NCBI GenBank assembly: GCA_011523685.1
Contig: WTGG01000027.1
Coordinates: 52,980 to 116,979, forward strand
DNA length: 64,000 nucleotides
Source: Coxiellaceae bacterium
GTDB lineage: Bacteria; Pseudomonadota; Gammaproteobacteria; Coxiellales; Coxiellaceae
Direction: 5' to 3'
Below the pieces are notes generated by a model, which worked only from the letters and a program-made list of their open reading frames with translations, did not search any database and was not told where the DNA came from. The position numbers and the translations under genes were made by a program. Shown here piece after piece: positions 38,869 to 49,015 of this stretch. Numbering within the stretch: the stretch's first letter is position 1; every line of letters starts with the position of its first letter.

Positions 38869-39762
38869 ATGAAAGAATATATCCGCTCACCGAATCGCGC
38901 TAACAAAATGACATACACAGAAAATATTTTTCACTGCACTCCAGACATCGAGATTCATGCGATGTCATGGGGCGATATGAATAAACCTATAATGCTCGCA
39001 TTACATGGTTGGCTAGATAATGCTGCCAGCTTCTATCGGCTTGCACCGCTGATTAACCATTATCGTATTATTGCTATTAACATACCCGGGCACGGTCACT
39101 CCAGCCCATTACAAAGTAGTTTTGATTACATCATGCCCAACCAACTGACTTGGCTTCATGATCTCGTACAGCAGCTCGCGAAACCAACAATATCGCTATT
39201 AGGTCATTCCATGGGTGCGGGTATTGCTAGTCTGTATGCCGCTTGTTTTCCAGAAACAATTGACCTCTTTATTACATTGGATATGCTAGGCCCTTTGTCA
39301 AGAGATCCCAATAAAACGACATATGGATTAAAACAGTCCGTGCTATCAATGAGAAAATCTAAACGAGTGAAACAAGACTACACTGACATAAATGCCATGA
39401 TACAACGTCGATCAAAAGTCAATAAAGTGAGTCCAGCCGATATTGACCCCATGGTTCGACGTGGAATTGTCCAATCCGAATCAGGTTACCGGTGGTCTTT
39501 TGATTCAAGGCTATTACTAGAAAGCCCTACATACTTCACAGAACAACAAATTCATGATGTGCTATCACACATCACCTGTCCATGCTTAGCCATCATGGCA
39601 TATCCAAATCACGATCATCATTTTCAACGCATTATCGATCAACGTTTGTCATTGTTACCCGATGTCACAGAATATAAGATCGATGCCAGTCACCACTTGC
39701 AGCTCAGTCATCCTAATGAAGCAGCAGCTATTATCAATGAATGGCTAGCATCCCATATTTAA
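38869..39762 (+). CDS. alpha/beta-fold hydrolase
   Basis: LALHGWLDNAASF, GHSMGAG nucleophile elbow, and C-terminal His region (ASHHLQLSHP). Confidence 0.8.
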   Translation: MKEYIRSPNRANKMTYTENIFHCTPDIEIHAMSWGDMNKPIMLALHGWLDNAASFYRLAPLINHYRIIAINIPGHGHSSPLQSSFDYIMPNQLTWLHDLVQQLAKPTISLLGHSMGAGIASLYAACFPETIDLFITLDMLGPLSRDPNKTTYGLKQSVLSMRKSKRVKQDYTDINAMIQRRSKVNKVSPADIDPMVRRGIVQSESGYRWSFDSRLLLESPTYFTEQQIHDVLSHITCPCLAIMAYPNHDHHFQRIIDQRLSLLPDVTEYKIDASHHLQLSHPNEAAAIINEWLASHI

Positions 39763-40028
39763 AAAACTATTGAACTAATCAGTACATTAAAGAAGCATTA
39801 TAGCTCAATACACTGTAAGAATTTCGATATATGGCGTTTAAACTTACACATCAATCGTCAAACAAATGTCGATACTGACCAATAACTATCGCTATCGATG
39901 GATATAATTAATAAATATTTTACATTGGTTGAATACAAGTCATATTCAAAACAAAACACTTGATTTTATACCGGTGAGATAAAATTAGAAAAATAAAATG
40001 CGATAAAACAGATGAAGAATAATTCCCA

Positions 40029-42524
40029 TTATAAAGATGTAATTGACATTGCATGAAGATGATTTTCTTCTTTTGATGTTGATTGATTATCTTGCGTTGA
40101 TTGAAAATCACAAAGTTCCATCAAGCATTTTATTAAATGCTGAGCATCCTTCGATACATTCGATGGTTGCTGAGACTGAAGGTAACTCGTGAATTGATCG
40201 AGCAATCGTTGGTGGCGTTTATCCATCATGTCATTGAACCTTTGATGAGCTGATCGACTAAACATGCAAAAACACATTGTCCATCGATGTTGCCTTTCAA
40301 ATGTGGATAAGCTCATTTGCTCATAGCGCGCAAAGTCTTCAATTAAATCGATGATTTTCTCTAAATCTGATAGATAAGGCCTTGATGTCAGCTTATCACT
40401 ATAATAAAGCAATAGACGTGAAGCCACCTGAGAAAAAAGCAGTTGTATGGTTTGATTATCACCATGTAGATTATGATTCAAACGAAGATTCACCTTTTTC
40501 CAAAACTTGAGATGCTCTTTAATGCTTCGAAGATGAGAAAGATTTTCAAATAACTCTGACATTATTTCAGGGCCCAGTCTATGCTCTTTGATGATTGGAG
40601 GTACTTCTGTCGCCCAGGTTTCAATGGTATTAATATGACGGAGTAGTTGAGGAGGTAAATTTGCACGATGACTCATAGCGAGATTTTTAATCTCTGCCAC
40701 TTGATCAATTAAGTCGAACAGCATTGTATGATCCTCATGTAATTGAGGATCATAGAGTTTATGATTGGTAATATTTTTATAAAGATGATTCAAGGCAGCA
40801 ATCCACGCGGTTTTACATTTGTGAATTTTTGGGAATAACAGCGGGTTATAAACATCTTTTTGTAAACGTTCAATAACCTCATCGATACCCACTATTTGTA
40901 TTAATTGACCATACATTAATTCTAGGATACACGCCTTTTCATGAATAGCTGTAGTAAGGTCTGAAAAAGGAATATCTTTTGGAAATATGACGAACGAATC
41001 GGAATAAAACTTCTCTTTTAACTGTGATAATGCGTGATCTCTTAAGGCTGAGACAGTTGTTGTAGACTGCTCAATGGAGATAAGTTTTCGCTCATAATGA
41101 TAAAAATTGTGAATATAGGCATCACTCTCCATCCAGAATGATGATAGCTCATGATCATACTGTTTGTATTTATCATCCTTCGACCGATTGTTCTCTGATA
41201 ACAGACCGGTAAATATTTGGTCACAGAGACCCATAATGATATCAAGAACCTCCTTGACTCTCACAGATACACCTGATTCGTTTTCCAATCTTGTGATATC
41301 GTACCTTCTCAGATAAAGAACGATTAAACTATCGATTCTATCAACTAATGATAACTGATCTTTTAGATAGCCTAACTCTTGAGAAGCGTCACCTTCATTA
41401 GAATAAAATTCACTAATTTTTTGCTTTATCATCAAAAGTACTTTTTCACGCGAAGGACGATGAGACCTCGCTTGCAAATCGATAGCAGTGGCATGAAGAT
41501 CACCTAGTTGAGATAATATGCTGGGAAATTCGATTCGTGAAAAGTCGTTATATTGGTGTGATATACCCCTAAAGTATGTCGCTGATACCAGCGAGCATGC
41601 TACATTAAAAAGATGATCATTGATGAATTTCGATAATTCAGAAGTCTGATTATTGAGCGCAAAATCGGTATAAGTTGCGATATCTTCGTGGGTAATTTCA
41701 CGATTAGAAATAGGAGAAGTACCATGACTCTTCATCCAGTTAACTAGGTTCGGACGATAATACCATGCAGGATCGCCATTAGTCGGCAAATCACTTTTAA
41801 TAAAAACCACATCATCAACAAATCTCCTAGACTCAAAATCTATCAAACACTCAACATACTGTTGTTGAATTTCATTGAAGGCAATCCATGATTGATAGAT
41901 TGGTTTTTTTTCATCAGGTGCTATTTCATCAAATACCTGATCAATCGACTGATCAAAGCGATGGTATACCTCCATCTTAAGCGTATCTTGGCAGTCAGTA
42001 ATGAATATCATAGGATGGAGATTTGAAAGCATTTTTAAAAGATTGCATAGCACGGTCGCATTGATCTTAGCATCCGTATCGACGGAGTCTCGCTGTATTA
42101 GTTGAACATAAAATAATTGTATAAACCTCTCACGCTTGTAGTCGACCGGAAGAGCGACTTTATTGCACAAACGAGATGATTTCGAAAGTTTTGTTTTATC
42201 CACTAAGAATGGAGTAACCATACTGTCATCTGTATCACTCACAGCCTTCCACAGATATGCCAAAAAGTCTCTACCATTTGTTAAATCCGTTTTAAAAATG
42301 CTTGATAGATCAGTATCTGATATATCATCGAATAATACATCAACCTGTTCACTTATTCTTATGTCATTACTATTCTTAAGAAATAACCTGGCTTCACTGA
42401 CGAGCTCTTCGACCTCATTACCCTCTAGCCGATAAAGATCAGCCAGATTTTGAAGACTCTTAACAAAAGTTTCCCGGAGAGTTGATGTAAGAGAGAGCCC
42501 TAAATTATCTTTGTCGTCAGGCAT
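40029..42524 (-). CDS. large hypothetical protein (831 aa); candidate effector with a tentative U-box-like segment
   Basis: AT-rich orphan ORF. aa ~222-292 read ECLIDFESRRFVDDVVFI...GDPAWYYRPNLVNWMKSHGTSPISNREITHEDI. The C-terminus SKEENHLHAMSITSL is Glu then Ser/Thr rich. Confidence 0.65.
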   Translation of the reverse strand: MPDDKDNLGLSLTSTLRETFVKSLQNLADLYRLEGNEVEELVSEARLFLKNSNDIRISEQVDVLFDDISDTDLSSIFKTDLTNGRDFLAYLWKAVSDTDDSMVTPFLVDKTKLSKSSRLCNKVALPVDYKRERFIQLFYVQLIQRDSVDTDAKINATVLCNLLKMLSNLHPMIFITDCQDTLKMEVYHRFDQSIDQVFDEIAPDEKKPIYQSWIAFNEIQQQYVECLIDFESRRFVDDVVFIKSDLPTNGDPAWYYRPNLVNWMKSHGTSPISNREITHEDIATYTDFALNNQTSELSKFINDHLFNVACSLVSATYFRGISHQYNDFSRIEFPSILSQLGDLHATAIDLQARSHRPSREKVLLMIKQKISEFYSNEGDASQELGYLKDQLSLVDRIDSLIVLYLRRYDITRLENESGVSVRVKEVLDIIMGLCDQIFTGLLSENNRSKDDKYKQYDHELSSFWMESDAYIHNFYHYERKLISIEQSTTTVSALRDHALSQLKEKFYSDSFVIFPKDIPFSDLTTAIHEKACILELMYGQLIQIVGIDEVIERLQKDVYNPLLFPKIHKCKTAWIAALNHLYKNITNHKLYDPQLHEDHTMLFDLIDQVAEIKNLAMSHRANLPPQLLRHINTIETWATEVPPIIKEHRLGPEIMSELFENLSHLRSIKEHLKFWKKVNLRLNHNLHGDNQTIQLLFSQVASRLLLYYSDKLTSRPYLSDLEKIIDLIEDFARYEQMSLSTFERQHRWTMCFCMFSRSAHQRFNDMMDKRHQRLLDQFTSYLQSQQPSNVSKDAQHLIKCLMELCDFQSTQDNQSTSKEENHLHAMSITSL

Positions 42525-43174
42525 AGAGATAAACCGTTAAGCATTTGCCAAAAAAATCATTTCCTAGCATCCCATCTGAGACACCACAATTATAGATGCG
42601 AATTTACCATGAATTCACAAATTATCTGATCGATATAAACTAAATAATGTTTATTTAAGGTGACAATAATAATTCAAAAAGAGTTTTGTTCGAAAAATGA
42701 ATAAAAGCAAGCGAAATATTGTGCCAAATCTTAATATGGCTTTTTTTTAACCATGCTGTAGCCCGTTGATGAAACAGGGACCTTAGACATTGGGAGCACC
42801 CACAAAGTAACAACCATGTTGTTACTTGATAGCCTGTAAAATTATTTTTAGGTTGGTCATTTTTATAAGGCTATTACATACTAGCATATTGGTTAAAGAC
42901 AAATCATGCTTAGCGTTGCACACTACGCGCATCAGTATTATTTTAAGATTCTTTACATGCAGCAGTCACAAGAATGATTGTAACTAATTTCATTGATCAG
43001 TTACATTATGAATAGTAATAAATGAAAATAAATTTGTCTTAATCATGTTTCTGGAAAATCAACGAGTGTGTTTATAATGGAAATGTAATCATATTCTTAT
43101 CGCGATAGATAAAGATTATTTATCAGATGAGCATGTAGGTAATTTTACATAAGTATGGTTTTTTTCAACATTGA

Positions 43175-43576
43175 TCAGTTCTTTTTATACTCAGTATGTG
43201 ACATCAAGCTAGTAGAGTTAATAAGCTGTATTCTATCACCAAGTCTTTTATCTGATACTTTTTGCAAATTATTAAGTTCTTTTTGTGGAATATTTTTCCA
43301 CCCTTTCCATGTTCTCCAATGTATAACAACATATAGATGGTCTGGTTTTTCAGGGTTTATTCCGATATATTTTTCTTCGAAGGAGGGATTCTTGGCGAGA
43401 TAGTCAGTCCATATTGATTTATCGGCTTTAATAATTTGATCAATATTTTTCGTATCCACTTTAAATTCTAAAATCTCTATTCCTTCATTAAATTCATGTT
43501 GCCCAGCCCAACTAGTAGCTCCATATAAAATTAATAACAATAAACGGACGATAAAAAAGATAGTGGTTTTTTTCAT
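43175..43576 (-). CDS. secreted small protein, possibly ABM/Dabb-fold (TIGR03792-like)
   Basis: Signal peptide MKKTTIFFIVRLLLLILYGATSWA. ...IWTDYLAKNPSFEEKYIGINPEKPDHLYVVIHWRTWKGWKNIPQKEL resembles that family as I recall it. Confidence 0.45.
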   Translation of the reverse strand: MKKTTIFFIVRLLLLILYGATSWAGQHEFNEGIEILEFKVDTKNIDQIIKADKSIWTDYLAKNPSFEEKYIGINPEKPDHLYVVIHWRTWKGWKNIPQKELNNLQKVSDKRLGDRIQLINSTSLMSHTEYKKN

Positions 43577-44026
43577 AACAAAGTATCCTGTTTTCTATAT
43601 TGTTGTGACGATGCCTTTCGTAATGACTCTATGAGCTTAACTAATATCACAAATTTAGGTTATGGGATCTGCAAATACATGATTAAGCTCAGAATCATTG
43701 ATAAGGATTTTACGAAATTTGTCCTGATTAAGCACCCTCAAAATATACGTAATTTCAGCGTATAACAGTCACTGAAAGCTTTACCTGAGCTACAGACAAG
43801 TCAACACATAGTTTAATAGTATGATTTACGAGCTCATCTTTTATTGCAATGATAAATTCAACATAAATAGTGTAAAATATCGACAAAAATAGCTGTGCTT
43901 TTAATAATAACAAGTCTACTATTTTATAAATATTACACAATGAGTCGAAAGTAAAAAAAATTTTAACTTGTATTTATCGTCCAAATAGTCTTCTATAAAC
44001 TTGTTACACACCATGAATCTTCATGT

Positions 44027-44195
44027 GCTTAATTTCAGAATTTAGGTTTGCACACAGCTCTAAGACATATTTAGTCATTTTTTGTATTCTTCTGAATAAT
44101 AGCCTCAAACAAATAAAACATACTTGTCTCTACGTGTGATTCACTATAGTTAATAATCTACTATTATTCCTGAAATAAAATTATTTGGGGTTACT
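44027..44195 (-). pseudogene. frameshifted copy (A2) of the ankyrin gene 5' end and upstream region
   Basis: Aligns by eye with 579-767. Reads MFYLFEAIIQKNTKND* against MVNLFEAIIQKNTQKVK. Confidence 0.7.
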
Positions 44196-44519
44196 AGTAC
44201 CTAAGCACTATTCCAGCGCAGATCATCGTAAGAGTAGCGATGATTTATTAATCTTTCTTCTGAACATAAACGTTACCAGTTATATATGACTGGTTTTAGC
44301 CAGGTAAGTCCTATTACAAGTTGTTTTTCACCAATTGCCAATTTCATCTGTTCCATTTGATTGTGGCTCGCCTTCTTTGCACGTCATTTCTGCAACTCTT
44401 CCATGCTTAGGATAGATTTATCACAACATGTTTCTTCGCAACAATAATATATAAGTTGATGATGCATATCGAAAGCTTGCGTAAATTATAGCTCAACGAT
44501 GATGGCTTGTAATACTGCG

Positions 44520-44837
44520 CTATGCATTAATAGCTTGAGGCCCATCGGGAAGTTGATCGTAATTCGTGTCATTTGAGAGATCTCTTAGAAAGATACCCCG
44601 ATTCAAGTGAGAGCTTCTTAAATAAGTAATACACAGACCCCCGCCCATGATGATACCTACAATACAAGTACCAAAGAGGATTTGTAAAACATCATTAGCG
44701 TTATAGCTAGTCTTCTGATTTGACTCAGTTCCTGACATCGCTGCCGTGATATTAGTGAAGGCCATTGTAAGTTTTAGGAGTGATAACGCGCTGACTGTTG
44801 TGTTGCTTATAATATATCCGATAGGTAAAAAAAGCAT
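44520..44837 (-). CDS. small hypothetical membrane protein (105 aa)
   Basis: Two hydrophobic segments. Lies in an AT-rich island, so coding status is uncertain. Confidence 0.35.
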   Translation of the reverse strand: MLFLPIGYIISNTTVSALSLLKLTMAFTNITAAMSGTESNQKTSYNANDVLQILFGTCIVGIIMGGGLCITYLRSSHLNRGIFLRDLSNDTNYDQLPDGPQAINA

Positions 44838-45434
44838 CTAAACAGAAAATGAACAGGATATCTAATTATCTCTCTGTATGGATTTCAAACACACCTTACA
44901 AACATAAGTCGTTCAGATTAACAATGATCTGTTAATAAAAAAATTAAATTTAATTCAGTAAGTTATATCATTAATCATACTCATATACACTCAATGTTCT
45001 CCCAGGCCACTCATCATGCTTACCGCCTAGCCATTGTTGAATTTATCTGGTGGAGTTTGTGTTTTTTCTTGGTGTATTGCTTTGATTTCATCCAAAATGC
45101 TTTTTTTCTGCTTTCATCTTTCTTTCGATCTGATTGATTTTAGAATGCATACTGATGGTATAGTGCACCAAAAATTTTTTCTTCGTTATTTTAATAATAG
45201 CTTTAATTTTTCTTCTTGCATTGGTATCACAGAGCAATGTCTCTATATTTTATTGTCTATATAAATCACCAAACAAGGAGTCAGCATCGAAGTGAATAGC
45301 ACCTGATCAGGCACCATAGCAATCGTTGGCAAATCCTTGTGTTATTTTTATGTGCATTCATAATCAATTATCATTACTCGAAATCATTGCTTGCAAGCCG
45401 TAACAAAATGCTCATCGAAAAAATGAATCAGTTT

Positions 45435-45551
45435 TCATTTTCTCCTTAGCTCAGAAGCATCAATTACAGAATTTGGATCATCATCCTGCTCTAATAGATG
45501 TTTAACTTTTTTGGTATTCTCCTGAATGATAGCTTCAAACAAATTAACCAT
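45435..45551 (-). pseudogene. truncated ankyrin-gene 5' copy (A3)
   Basis: MVNLFEAIIQENTKKVKHLLEQDDDPNSVIDASELRRK*, 38 codons, abutting a TraG-like remnant. Confidence 0.7.
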
Positions 45552-45552
45552 A

Positions 45553-45735
45553 CCTTATTAAAACCTTTGTTGGTAATGGTAATGGTTTTTTGGCTTAAGG
45601 ATTTTGAAAAGTCATCCGTATCATCTCGATCATTTAGGGTAACAGTGACTTTGACTTTGGCATTTAAAAAACGCTTTGCATCAAAAACACCATACATTGA
45701 GGTTATTTGTGAAAGGTATTGAACGAGTACTCAAC
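45553..45735 (-). pseudogene. TraG/VirD4 C-terminal remnant (copy B3)
   Basis: ...YGVFDAKRFLNAKVKVTVTLNDRDDTDDFSKSLSQKTITITNKGFN aligns with 9419-9597. It has the same upstream breakpoint (ATTGAACGAG) as the copy at 9240-9599. Confidence 0.65.
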
Positions 45736-45878
45736 ATCTTAAAAGATATGATCTTAGAGAACTCAACGTTGAACCAACTACTCCATCTACCATTTATTTT
45801 TTTTGATCATCAGCATAATTAAGTGCTTTATAAATTAGTAACGTATGCATTTAAATAAAAAATTGATGACCTGTGTAA

Positions 45879-46880
45879 CTAAACTACGGGTGGTTGATTA
45901 AGAACGCTTTCTAAAGCTTTATCTAGCACTTCAATGCCTGCATCGCCTCGTGCTTCTTCGGTTAGAACACGGCGCCATAACCGCGCGCCAGGCTGACCTG
46001 AATATAAATGCAGCATATGCCGTGTCATTGCGTATAAACGTACACCTTGCGCTAATTGCGATTCGATATAGGGATAATATGACTGAACAATGGCTTCGCG
46101 TGTTAGCACTGGCGTCTGACTACCATAAAAAAGTTGATCCACATCAGAAAATAAATAAGGGTTATGGTAGGCTTCACGACCCAACATCACACCATCCACA
46201 TAGTTTAAATGCTCATTGATAGCTTGTATGGTTTTTATGCCGCCATTGATCATAATCGATAAATGTGGAAAGTCTTTTTTAAGTTGGTAAACACGATCAT
46301 AATGTAAAGGTGGTATTGTACGATTCTCTTTAGGTGACAAACCTTTCAATATTGCTTTACGTGCATGGACAATGAATTGATGACAGCCTTCACTTGATAC
46401 AGTCTCAACAAAACGCACGAGATCATCGTAATGATCAGCCTCATCAACACCAATACGACATTTCACAGTCACTGGAATAGAAACTTCTGATTGCATTGCT
46501 GAAATACAAGATGCGACGAGTGATGGCTCTTTCATTAAGCAAGCACCAAAAGAACCCGACTGCACTCTGGGACTCGGACAACCCACATTGAGATTGATTT
46601 CTGCAAAACCCAACCTTTCTCCAATCAGTGCAGCGTGTGACAACAACTCAGGATCACACCCGCCTAATTGAAGCACCACAGGATCTTCTGAGGGATGAAG
46701 AGGTTGGTTAGTCTGAATATGACCATGAATCATCGCATTCGCATGCACCATTTCTGTATACAAAACAGTATGCTGAGTCATACATCGCATGAAGACACGA
46801 TAATGACGATCAGTCCAATCCATCATAGGAGCAATAGCAATGGTAGGTGGTTTCATGAGGGTCTCAACACTGGCTTTCAC
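45879..46880 (-). CDS. dusA: tRNA-dihydrouridine synthase A
   Basis: IAPMMDWTDRHYR, EINLNVGCP and the DusA-specific C-terminal region. Confidence 0.9.
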   Translation of the reverse strand: MKASVETLMKPPTIAIAPMMDWTDRHYRVFMRCMTQHTVLYTEMVHANAMIHGHIQTNQPLHPSEDPVVLQLGGCDPELLSHAALIGERLGFAEINLNVGCPSPRVQSGSFGACLMKEPSLVASCISAMQSEVSIPVTVKCRIGVDEADHYDDLVRFVETVSSEGCHQFIVHARKAILKGLSPKENRTIPPLHYDRVYQLKKDFPHLSIMINGGIKTIQAINEHLNYVDGVMLGREAYHNPYLFSDVDQLFYGSQTPVLTREAIVQSYYPYIESQLAQGVRLYAMTRHMLHLYSGQPGARLWRRVLTEEARGDAGIEVLDKALESVLNQPPVV

Positions 46881-46892
46881 AGGCGCAGCATA

Positions 46893-48428
46893 TCAATCTT
46901 CGACACGAACGTCATCATCTCCCGAATACACAAAGACCAAGCGATCATATTCACTGCGTGAAGCTTTCTGACCACGAAGATGCGACAACCGTGTCAGATA
47001 TTCTGAACCCACACTGCTCGTTATATAATCTCCTGTAAAAACAGCATCTTCGAACCGTTCCACCTCGTCAGCTGGAGATTTTGCTGCGGCATTAACCGCA
47101 TCGACAACCTCATTTAAATCTTGATAAACCAACCAATCAGCCCCAATCAGTGATGCAACCTCTTCTGTGGTGCGCTCAAATGCAATCAAATCTTGAGCAG
47201 ATGGCATATCAATCCCATACACATTCGGGTGTCGAATGGGGGGAGCAGCAGAGGCAAAAAATACGTGTTTTGCACCAACATCTCGTGCCATTTGCACAAT
47301 CTCACGAGAGGTTGTTCCGCGAACTATTGAATCATCAACCAATAAAACAGACCGGCCTTCAAACTCCTCTTGCATCGCATTGAGCTTTAGGCGGACATTA
47401 TTTCGTCGCTCAGTCTGCTCAGGCATAATGAATGTCCGACCAATATAGCGATTCTTAACAAATCCTTCCGAGTATTCCAAACCCAAATATTGTGCTAGCG
47501 ATAATGCGGCAGTCCGTGACGTATCAGGCACAGGAATAACCGTGTCAATCTGCTCATGCAAGCCTAATTGCTGTATTTTTTTTGCTAGCGCGATACCCAT
47601 ATTTTGACGTGATCGATACACAGAAATACGATGCATCACAGAATCAGGACGCGCCAAGTAAATATACTCGAATAAACACGGATGATCAGACACCATGGAT
47701 GCACAAGTTTGACGAATCACTTGACCATCGATACTAAAAAAAATCACCTCACCCGGCTTAATATCATCGACATAATCAAAACCCAATACGTTTAATGCAA
47801 TTGACTCTGAAGCAACCATGTATTCCGGACCTGATGCCGTGTGTCTTTGACCATAGACTAAAGGACGAATACCCTGTGCATCACGAAAAGCTAACAAACC
47901 ATGACCATTAATCATAGCTACCGAAGCAAAGGCACCTTCTAATCGTGCATAGACCATCCGCATGGCTAACAATAACTGCTGCGGATTAAAGTGAGACTGA
48001 GTGGTTTGCTGTAACTCATACGCCAGTACATTTAACATGACTTCTGAATCTGAACAGGTATTTAAATGTCGATGATCGGTTTCTGATAATTCTTTTGTGA
48101 GTGCCTGCGTATTGGTCAAGTTACCATTATGCACCACACCTAAACCGTAGGGTGAATTCACATAGAAAGGCTGCGCTTCTGTAACACTGTCGGTACCCGC
48201 TGTTGGGTAGCGCACGTGCCCAATACCCATATTACCTTTTAACGCTAACATATGCTTTTCACGTATCGCATCACGAACAAGGCCATTGGATTTACGCAAA
48301 TACATACGCTGCTGATCACACGTCATGATACCTGCTGCATCTTGCCCACGATGCTGAACAATCGTCAAAGCATCGTATAACATTTGATTGACACGTGTTT
48401 GCGCTAAGATGCCAACCACACCACACAT
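46893..48428 (-). CDS. purF: amidophosphoribosyltransferase
   Basis: MCGVVGI Ntn nucleophile, VLLVDDSIVRGTT PRTase motif. Confidence 0.95.
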   Translation of the reverse strand: MCGVVGILAQTRVNQMLYDALTIVQHRGQDAAGIMTCDQQRMYLRKSNGLVRDAIREKHMLALKGNMGIGHVRYPTAGTDSVTEAQPFYVNSPYGLGVVHNGNLTNTQALTKELSETDHRHLNTCSDSEVMLNVLAYELQQTTQSHFNPQQLLLAMRMVYARLEGAFASVAMINGHGLLAFRDAQGIRPLVYGQRHTASGPEYMVASESIALNVLGFDYVDDIKPGEVIFFSIDGQVIRQTCASMVSDHPCLFEYIYLARPDSVMHRISVYRSRQNMGIALAKKIQQLGLHEQIDTVIPVPDTSRTAALSLAQYLGLEYSEGFVKNRYIGRTFIMPEQTERRNNVRLKLNAMQEEFEGRSVLLVDDSIVRGTTSREIVQMARDVGAKHVFFASAAPPIRHPNVYGIDMPSAQDLIAFERTTEEVASLIGADWLVYQDLNEVVDAVNAAAKSPADEVERFEDAVFTGDYITSSVGSEYLTRLSHLRGQKASRSEYDRLVFVYSGDDDVRVED

Positions 48429-49015
48429 TATGCTGACTCTGTGTGTTCTGCAATTAACTGATGTGCCGAAGCTACACCATTTAAAACGCGCTCCTTATGA
48501 TCGGCCCAACGCGATACATCAATCACATCATCCGGAATAAAATGCTGAATCCATTGTTCTGGTTTATTTAGTGCCGTCTTCATCGCTGAATCAACAAACC
48601 AATGCGCATGAGCAAAAGAGGTCACATTCACCAGCATGACCATCAACGTCGTGACTAACACGCCTCGAACAAAGCCAAACACCAGACCTAGAGGACGATC
48701 TAGAATACCAATGCCTGTGATAGTTGCAATCCCTTTCGAAATCTTAGTGAGCAACCAGCCCACTAATAAGATTGCAACGACAATCACAATAAAAGCCACA
48801 ACGTATGCCGCAACTGATGACGCAATCCAAGAAAATACATTGTGTGCAACCATTGAAGAGAACTTTAATGCGAGCCCTATCCCTAACACCCAACTACACA
48901 ATGAAATAGCTTCCCGTAAAAAACCTCGAAAGAAACTCACTAATACCGATATCGCAATAATACCGAGTAAAATCGCATCAAACCATGTTGAATGAAAAGC
49001 ACTTACTGTATCCAT
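48428..49015 (-). CDS. cvpA: colicin V production protein CvpA
   Basis: 4-TM CvpA-like protein in the conserved position between dedD and purF. Start/stop overlaps on both sides. Confidence 0.85.
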   Translation of the reverse strand: MDTVSAFHSTWFDAILLGIIAISVLVSFFRGFLREAISLCSWVLGIGLALKFSSMVAHNVFSWIASSVAAYVVAFIVIVVAILLVGWLLTKISKGIATITGIGILDRPLGLVFGFVRGVLVTTLMVMLVNVTSFAHAHWFVDSAMKTALNKPEQWIQHFIPDDVIDVSRWADHKERVLNGVASAHQLIAEHTESA

